NCBI GenBank assembly: GCA_043815445.1 | Contig: JBDRIY010000019.1 | Coordinates: 5,368 to 69,367 of the forward strand | Direction: 5' to 3' | Source of the DNA: Candidatus Omnitrophota bacterium | GTDB lineage: Bacteria; Omnitrophota; Gorgyraeia; Duberdicusellales; 4484-171 | Length of the DNA: 64,000 bases | Shown here: one piece after another, positions 58,305 through 64,000 of the stretch | Layout: every line of letters begins with the position of its first letter | Numbering within the stretch: the stretch's first letter is position 1 | Notes under the pieces: generated by a model | The model's input: the letters and a program-made list of their open reading frames with translations, nothing else | The model's database searches: none | What the model was told of the DNA's origin: nothing | Position numbers and translations under genes: made by a program

Positions 58305-59018
58305 TTATCTTTTAATTAAAGTAATCATTTCTTCCACCGCCGATACTACCCCTATATAGATAGCATGGCAAATTATAGAATGGCCTATATTAAGCTCTTC
58401 TATTCCTTTTATCCGGGCTATTTTTCGCGTGTTATCATAATCAAGCCCATGCCCGGCAGCAGTAAGAAAACCTATTTTTTGAGCAAACCTTACCGCCTCT
58501 TTTATCTTTATAATTTCCTTTTCTTCTGATGCCGGCGTTTTTGCTTCTGAAAACTGCCCGGTATTAATTTCAACAAAATCCGCTCCTATATCTTTAGCCG
58601 CCTTAATTTTTACTTTTATAGGATCAATGAACAAACTTACTTTTATTCCCGCTTTTTTTAATCTTTTTACCGCTTGTTCAACTTTTCTGTAATTTTTCAC
58701 AAGATTAAGCCCGCCTTCAGTAGTAAGCTCCTGTCTTTTTTCAGGAACTAAAGTTGCTTGATAAGGCTTTAATTCCTGAGCAAAAGCGACAATATTCTTA
58801 TTAACAGACATCTCTAAATTTAAAGGAATCTTTATTGCCTTTTTAATAAGAATAACGTCATGCTCTTTTATATGCCTCCTGTCTTCCCTTAAATGAACAA
58901 CTATTGAATCACAGCCCGCGTATTCAGCAAGTAGAGCCCCCATTACCGGCTCGGGATACTTCGTGCCCCGAGCCTCCCGTAAAGTCGCTACATGATCGAC
59001 ATTAACTCCTAATTTCAT
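58305..59018 (-). CDS. pdxJ: Pyridoxine 5'-phosphate synthase
   Basis: LGVNVDHVATLR, HLREDRRHI, LVPEKRQELTTEGG, AGHGL and ELNIGHSI motifs. Confidence 0.97.
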   Translation of the reverse strand: MKLGVNVDHVATLREARGTKYPEPVMGALLAEYAGCDSIVVHLREDRRHIKEHDVILIKKAIKIPLNLEMSVNKNIVAFAQELKPYQATLVPEKRQELTTEGGLNLVKNYRKVEQAVKRLKKAGIKVSLFIDPIKVKIKAAKDIGADFVEINTGQFSEAKTPASEEKEIIKIKEAVRFAQKIGFLTAAGHGLDYDNTRKIARIKGIEELNIGHSIICHAIYIGVVSAVEEMITLIKR

Positions 59019-59239
59019 CTAAATAAATCTCCATCTAAAAAATCTAAAATTCGAATATCGAAATCCGAAACAAACTCCATAATTTAAATCAAAGATTAAA
59101 ATGTAAAATGCAAAATGACAAATTAAAATTCAAAAAGAAATTCAAGGCGTTTAAGGAGAAAAATATTTTTACATTTTTATTTGTCATTTTGATATTTAAT
59201 TTTTAATTTTATAATATAGATTTCAATATTCTGATTTAT

Positions 59240-59383
59240 TTATATTCCTATTCCCTTAGTAATTTCTCCGCTAACATAAAACCATATTACTGCCGCTATA
59301 ATCAGCGAAATGATCTTTAACCAAAAATTATTGGCAACCGCCGCTTTGATATTTATTTTTTTTAAAAACTTTAAATATTTCAT
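59240..59383 (-). CDS. 47-aa single-TM protein resembling the membrane anchor of CdaR/YbbR
   Basis: Below the ORF-track cutoff. Manual translation MKYLKFLKKINIKAAVANNFWLKIISLIIAAVIWFYVSGEITKGIGI*; starts 9 nt after the cdaA stop. Confidence 0.75.
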   Translation of the reverse strand: MKYLKFLKKINIKAAVANNFWLKIISLIIAAVIWFYVSGEITKGIGI

Positions 59384-59392
59384 CTTAAAAAA

Positions 59393-60160
59393 TTACTGTT
59401 TCGCCTTAGGCATTGTTAACTGGCCCTTTAAAATAGTTAGCAAGTCATTCGACGCGAGATTACGGGTAAGCTGGCCGTTGATAGCTAAAGATATGGACCC
59501 ATTTTCTTCAGAAACAGCAATAACCAAAGCATCCGAATTCTCAGAAAGCCCTACTGCCGCCCTGTGGCGCATGCCTAAACCTCTTTCTATATCCTGATTT
59601 TCGCTAAGGGGAAAAAGGCAAGACGCGGCAACAACCCTTGTTCCTTCTACTATAGCTCCTCCATCATGCAAAGGAGCTGAAGGATAGAAAATACTCTGTA
59701 AAAGTTCTGAAGTAATATCAGCGTTTAAAAGTACTCCGCTTTCAATATATCTTTTAAGCCCTATTTCCCTTCTTATAGCTATAAGGGCTCCCTGCTTCTT
59801 GCGGGCAAGAGAACTCACCGCTGAAACCATCTCTCTTAAAACTTTTTCCATTGCTTCTCTTTCCGGCTCAATATAAAAAATATGCCTTTTACCTAAGTGT
59901 ATTAAACCCTCTCTTAATTCAGGCTGAAAAATTATAACTATAAGAATAAGAAAAAAAGCAAAGAAATAAGTAAGCAAGCGGGTTAATACCGGCAAGCCGA
60001 GCATCTGAAAAACAAAAAGAGAAATGATCAAGATAACTATTCCTCTTAAGAGATAAACTGCTTTTGTTCCTTTAAGGAAAAGAAAAATGCGATAAACCAC
60101 CGCCCAAAGAATTAATATCTCTAAAATAGTTTTCCAGTTTAAAAGCCTTGCTAAATCCAT
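59393..60160 (-). CDS. cdaA: Diadenylate cyclase CdaA
   Basis: Three N-terminal TM helices, IFQPELR, GALI, PLHDGG and GMRHRAA.GLSE motifs. Confidence 0.95.
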   Translation of the reverse strand: MDLARLLNWKTILEILILWAVVYRIFLFLKGTKAVYLLRGIVILIISLFVFQMLGLPVLTRLLTYFFAFFLILIVIIFQPELREGLIHLGKRHIFYIEPEREAMEKVLREMVSAVSSLARKKQGALIAIRREIGLKRYIESGVLLNADITSELLQSIFYPSAPLHDGGAIVEGTRVVAASCLFPLSENQDIERGLGMRHRAAVGLSENSDALVIAVSEENGSISLAINGQLTRNLASNDLLTILKGQLTMPKAKQ

Positions 60161-60210
60161 TAATTATCCCCTAAATTCCCTTTCTTTCTCAACTAACTGC
60201 AAACTTCTAA

Positions 60211-61431
60211 CTACGAACAACTATCTATTGCTGAAGCCATCTTTAGCGCTTCCACAGCCGCGGGCACATCATGTACTCTTAAAATGTCAGCGCCTCTGAT
60301 AAAAGAAACAACATTAGCGGCAATAGTTCCATTAAGGCGCCTATCTATATCTCTATTAAGTATCTTACCAATAAAAGCCTTTTTGGACAAGCCTAAAAAA
60401 ATAGGCCTGCCAAAAATCTTTAATTTATAAAGCTGGTTAATAATCTTAAGATTGTCTTCAACTCTCTTACCAAAGCCTATGCCCGGATCAATAAAAAGCT
60501 GTTCCTTTACCACCCCTCTTTGAGCGCAAAAATTTAACCTTTCCTGAAAAAAATCAATTTCCTCCTCCATAACATCTTTATATTCCGGATTTATCTGCAT
60601 AGTCTTAGGAGTCCCCTTCATATGCATCAATATACATCCTAATTTATATTTCTTAATTAAAAAAGTAATGTTAGGGCTATGCCTTAAAGCAGTAATATCA
60701 TTTATAATGTCAGCTCCGGCTCCAGCCGCTTCCTTAGCAACATTATACTTATAAGTATCCACAGATATTAAAATATTTTTATGCCTTTTTCTTAAGGCTT
60801 TCAGCAGAGGAATAATTCTTTTAATTTCTTCTTTCTCATTTACCGGTTTAGAAAAAGGCCGTGAAGACTCTCCTCCTAAATCTATAATTTTTGCTCCGGC
60901 CCTTATCATAGCCCCAGCCTTATCCAAAATTAAATCTTTAATTTTTGGCTCTAAGCCTTTTGCCCTGCTGAGCGCGCCGTCGCCGGAAAAAGAATCATCA
61001 GTTATATTAATAATTCCGCAGACAAGAGGTTTTTTTATCTTCAATGTTTTGCCCTTTATTAAAAATTTAAACTCCTCTTTTTGCAATTCGTCTAAACAGG
61101 ACAAAATACCTTCTGAAATTTTTTTTAAATTAAAAGGCTGAATTTTAAGTTTTCGGCATAATTCTTTCAACTGGCTAACATTAGCAAAAATAAAAACAGA
61201 GGTTTTAATATCCTTGATTAAAGCTTTTCTCTCTATTGCCGCGTCAGCGCCTAAAGAAAGTAAATGCTGTTTTATTATATTCGCTTCCCAAGATTTAATA
61301 CCCTCGATTTTAAAAACCGAATAAACACTTTTAGGGGAAAGAATTTTTATCCCTTCAGGGCTTACCCCTAAGCCGGACATCAATCCTTCTGCTTGCTTTT
61401 GATTTTTTATCTTTAAAGGAATTATTTTCAT
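60211..61431 (-). CDS. folP: Dihydropteroate synthase with ~130-aa N-terminal extension
   Basis: GIINITDDSFSGDG, IDLGGESSRP, SVDTYK, MHMKG.P, DPGIGFGK and RVHDV motifs. Confidence 0.95.
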   Translation of the reverse strand: MKIIPLKIKNQKQAEGLMSGLGVSPEGIKILSPKSVYSVFKIEGIKSWEANIIKQHLLSLGADAAIERKALIKDIKTSVFIFANVSQLKELCRKLKIQPFNLKKISEGILSCLDELQKEEFKFLIKGKTLKIKKPLVCGIINITDDSFSGDGALSRAKGLEPKIKDLILDKAGAMIRAGAKIIDLGGESSRPFSKPVNEKEEIKRIIPLLKALRKRHKNILISVDTYKYNVAKEAAGAGADIINDITALRHSPNITFLIKKYKLGCILMHMKGTPKTMQINPEYKDVMEEEIDFFQERLNFCAQRGVVKEQLFIDPGIGFGKRVEDNLKIINQLYKLKIFGRPIFLGLSKKAFIGKILNRDIDRRLNGTIAANVVSFIRGADILRVHDVPAAVEALKMASAIDSCS

Positions 61432-63353
61432 CCCTGCGGAGGATTTTCAGGCAAGAGCCCGCTTTCATTGCTTGCAAGGCCGGTTATACGCTTAACTTCT
61501 ACGACATCAAGAACTTCTTTTTCAATCAAAACCTCAGCCAAAGCTTTTAGCTTATCTTGATTTTCCTGAATAAGTTTTTTAGCTCTTTCATAGCAGTCGC
61601 CAATAATACTTTTTATTTCATCATCAATAATCTTAGCTGTTTCTTCACTATAATCTTTCTCTCTAACCATATCCCGGCCTAAAAATATCGGGCCGCAGCT
61701 TTGGCCTAAAGTATAATTTCCTAATTTTTCGCTCATTCCATAATCGCAAATCATATGGCGGGCTATTTGCGTAACCTGAGCTAAATCATTCATAGCTCCG
61801 GTAGTAATGTCTTTTAAATTAATTTCCTCAGACGCTCTGCCCCCTAAAGCAACTGTAATATCGCCTAAAAGCTCTTTTTTAGAACGGTAGCGCCTATCTT
61901 CTGTAGGCGGTATGAAAGTATAACCCCCTGCCATTCCTCTGGATATAATTGAAACTTTACTCATAGAATCAACTTCAGAAATCAATAAAGATAAAAGAGC
62001 ATGCCCAGCTTCATGGTAAGCAGTTAATTTTTTCTCCCGTTTTGAAATCACTCTGCTTTTTTTCTCCGGGCCCATAACAACTCTTTCTACAGCTTCTTCT
62101 AATTCCGGCTGTTCAACCGATTCTTTATTACGCCTGGCCGCGAGAAGAGCTGCTTCATTGCAAAGATTTTCCAAATCCGCTCCGGAAAACCCCGGAGTCC
62201 TTTTGGCAATTTCTTCCAAATTAACTTTTTCGGACAATTTAATCTTTTCAGTATGAACTTTTAAGATTGCTTCCCGGCCCTTTATATCCGGAGTATAAAT
62301 AACAATATGACGGTCAAATCTTCCCGGACGAAGAAGCGCCGGGTCTAAGACATCCGGCCGGTTAGTAGCAGCTACAACAATTATTCCCACCTCAGTTTGA
62401 AACCCGTCCATCTCAGTAAGAAGCTGATTCAAAGTCTGTTCTCTTTCATCATGCCCGCCGCCGATTCCGGCAAAACGCTGGCGGCCTACAGCATCTATTT
62501 CATCAATAAAAATAATACAGCCTTTCTTCTCTATCTTTGCCGATTTCTTAGCTTCCTGGAATAAATTTCGTACCCGGCTAGCGCCGACTCCTACAAACAT
62601 TTCAACAAAATCCGAGCCGCTTATGCTGTAAAAAGGGACCTCAGCTTCACCGGCGACAGCCTTAGCTAATAAAGTTTTTCCGCAGCCCGGCGGGCCTACC
62701 AATAAAACTCCTTTAGGAAATCTTCCGCCTAAACGCTGAAATTTCTTAGGGTCTTTTAAAAATTCTATCACTTCCTGCAACTCTTCTTTTGCCTCATCTA
62801 TTCCGGCAACATTATCAAAAGTAATTTTAACCGCTTTTTCTTTATCTAAAATTACAGCCCGGGACTTTCCCAAACCTAGAATATGAGTACCCATTTGGCT
62901 TCCTTTATTGGAAAAATACCATAGAAAAGCTATAAAAAGAATCATCGGGCCCAAGGAATAAAAAAGATTAGCCCAAACAGTGCGGGGAGGCTCTATCTCA
63001 AATTTGCTTACATTCTTACGCAAAAGTTCAACAGCTTTTTCGTCATCATGAGGGATATAAAGATAAAACCTGCCGGATCCTTTAGCTTGAGTAAAAGTGC
63101 CTTGGACAAAATTCTCAGTTAATCTAACTTCTTCTATAACCGGATCTTCGGTGTTACGCTCGAGAATATGATAAAATTCATTATAAGAAAGCTTCTTAAC
63201 TGCCCCGCCCACGCCGGCGTTCAACAAATTAATAAACCACATCACGCCTAAAAAAAGGGCCATTAGTATAAAGGTATTCCGGATAAAGCTGGGATTCGGA
63301 GGCTTTTGAAGCTGAGGGTTATTAGGATTAGAAGGTTTTGGCTGTTCTTTCAT
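61428..63353 (-). CDS. ftsH: ATP-dependent zinc metalloprotease FtsH
   Basis: Two TM helices, [26 protein letters not shown] and HEAGH motifs. Confidence 0.98.
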   Translation of the reverse strand: MKEQPKPSNPNNPQLQKPPNPSFIRNTFILMALFLGVMWFINLLNAGVGGAVKKLSYNEFYHILERNTEDPVIEEVRLTENFVQGTFTQAKGSGRFYLYIPHDDEKAVELLRKNVSKFEIEPPRTVWANLFYSLGPMILFIAFLWYFSNKGSQMGTHILGLGKSRAVILDKEKAVKITFDNVAGIDEAKEELQEVIEFLKDPKKFQRLGGRFPKGVLLVGPPGCGKTLLAKAVAGEAEVPFYSISGSDFVEMFVGVGASRVRNLFQEAKKSAKIEKKGCIIFIDEIDAVGRQRFAGIGGGHDEREQTLNQLLTEMDGFQTEVGIIVVAATNRPDVLDPALLRPGRFDRHIVIYTPDIKGREAILKVHTEKIKLSEKVNLEEIAKRTPGFSGADLENLCNEAALLAARRNKESVEQPELEEAVERVVMGPEKKSRVISKREKKLTAYHEAGHALLSLLISEVDSMSKVSIISRGMAGGYTFIPPTEDRRYRSKKELLGDITVALGGRASEEINLKDITTGAMNDLAQVTQIARHMICDYGMSEKLGNYTLGQSCGPIFLGRDMVREKDYSEETAKIIDDEIKSIIGDCYERAKKLIQENQDKLKALAEVLIEKEVLDVVEVKRITGLASNESGLLPENPPQG

Positions 63354-63376
63354 TGTAGCTATTATACTGTGCCTGA

Positions 63377-64000
63377 TTATAAAATCAAGGATTGAATAAG
63401 AAGATTTTTTTCATCTTTTTTAACCGTGAGCAAAGGCAAATCTACAATGCTTTGCGAAGGCCGGATATAAACTAAATCTTTTATCTCAGTTAAATGTTTT
63501 GTTTCAATTCTTCGGGTATCGCCTTTAACGCTTTCAATAGCGATTATAAGAACATTATTAAATATTGCTTCAGGAAGCTCTTTTAAATCTTTTAAGTCTA
63601 AATAAACAGATTGTTTTGTTTCTTTTCTTCTTAAGGCAAGAAATTTACGATAAGAAAAAGTATAAATAAAATCATAATCCAAAGAAATATTGCGCGCTAA
63701 ATTATGCAAATTCGCGTTAATACCCGGGTTCAACTCTTCAAGCAAAGGTATAAGCTTAAGCCGGACGCGATTACGTAAAAACTTTTCCTCGAAATTGCTC
63801 TTGTCTGTGCAAAAAGATACTTTTTCTTGTCCCAACCACTCAAAAATTTCTTTTTTTCTAATTTCTATCAAAGGCCGAATAATAGTTAAACTTTTAAACT
63901 TAGACTTAGGCAAAAATCCTCTTAAGCCTTTTAAGCCTGAACCTCTTATTAATCTCATCAAAATCGTTTCTACAAGGTCATCCTCGTGATGAGCAAGAGC
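63377..64000 (-). CDS. tilS: tRNA(Ile)-lysidine synthetase (5' end outside window)
   Basis: ALAHHEDDLVETILMRLIRGSG, IIRPL and DKSN...F.RNRVR; upstream of ftsH. Confidence 0.94.
   Translation of the reverse strand, partial: ALAHHEDDLVETILMRLIRGSGLKGLRGFLPKSKFKSLTIIRPLIEIRKKEIFEWLGQEKVSFCTDKSNFEEKFLRNRVRLKLIPLLEELNPGINANLHNLARNISLDYDFIYTFSYRKFLALRRKETKQSVYLDLKDLKELPEAIFNNVLIIAIESVKGDTRRIETKHLTEIKDLVYIRPSQSIVDLPLLTVKKDEKNLLIQSLIL

Overview
AT-rich bacterial chromosome segment using genetic code 11. Gene content and repeat style suggest a PVC-related candidate lineage such as Omnitrophota (inference only). It is mostly minus-strand housekeeping genes for translation (rplS, trmD, tgt, trpS, infB, nusA, rimP, proS, leuS, argS, smpB, rpmB, tilS), MEP/isoprenoid and lipid synthesis (ispG, dxr, uppS, cdsA, gpsA, acpS), folate and cofactors (folD, fchA-like, folP, pdxJ, nnrD), DNA repair and competence (ruvB, nfo, recJ, comEA, comEC), plus six tRNAs. 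A ~13 kb defence island (about 30.0-43.1 kb) lies downstream of tRNA-Ala. It is a type I restriction-modification operon with a nested TIR / membrane protein / TIR cassette (Thoeris-like, but without ThsA), KilA-N, truncated YhcG, an M48 protein and a Pif1-like helicase. The most striking unannotated layer is non-coding. (i) Three palindromic inserts with shared ends (TAAA-CCCCGTTAG...CTAACGGGG-TAAA) but unrelated interiors sit in frame inside genes (60, 66 and 96 bp), with a related 24 bp insert in argS. (ii) A 15-bp TCCGCC-NNN-GGCGGA palindrome is inserted in frame in trpS and other genes. (iii) About 20 intergenic elements are built from 7-nt periodic units, mostly as inverted arms. Also seen: a 47-aa transmembrane-only CdaR-like ORF missed by the ORF track, a FolD lacking the cyclohydrolase lysine beside an FchA-like gene, a two-gene insert splitting the tRNA Thr-Tyr-Gly cluster, and a frameshift in infB (probably an assembly error). 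All calls are by eye; no searches were run.
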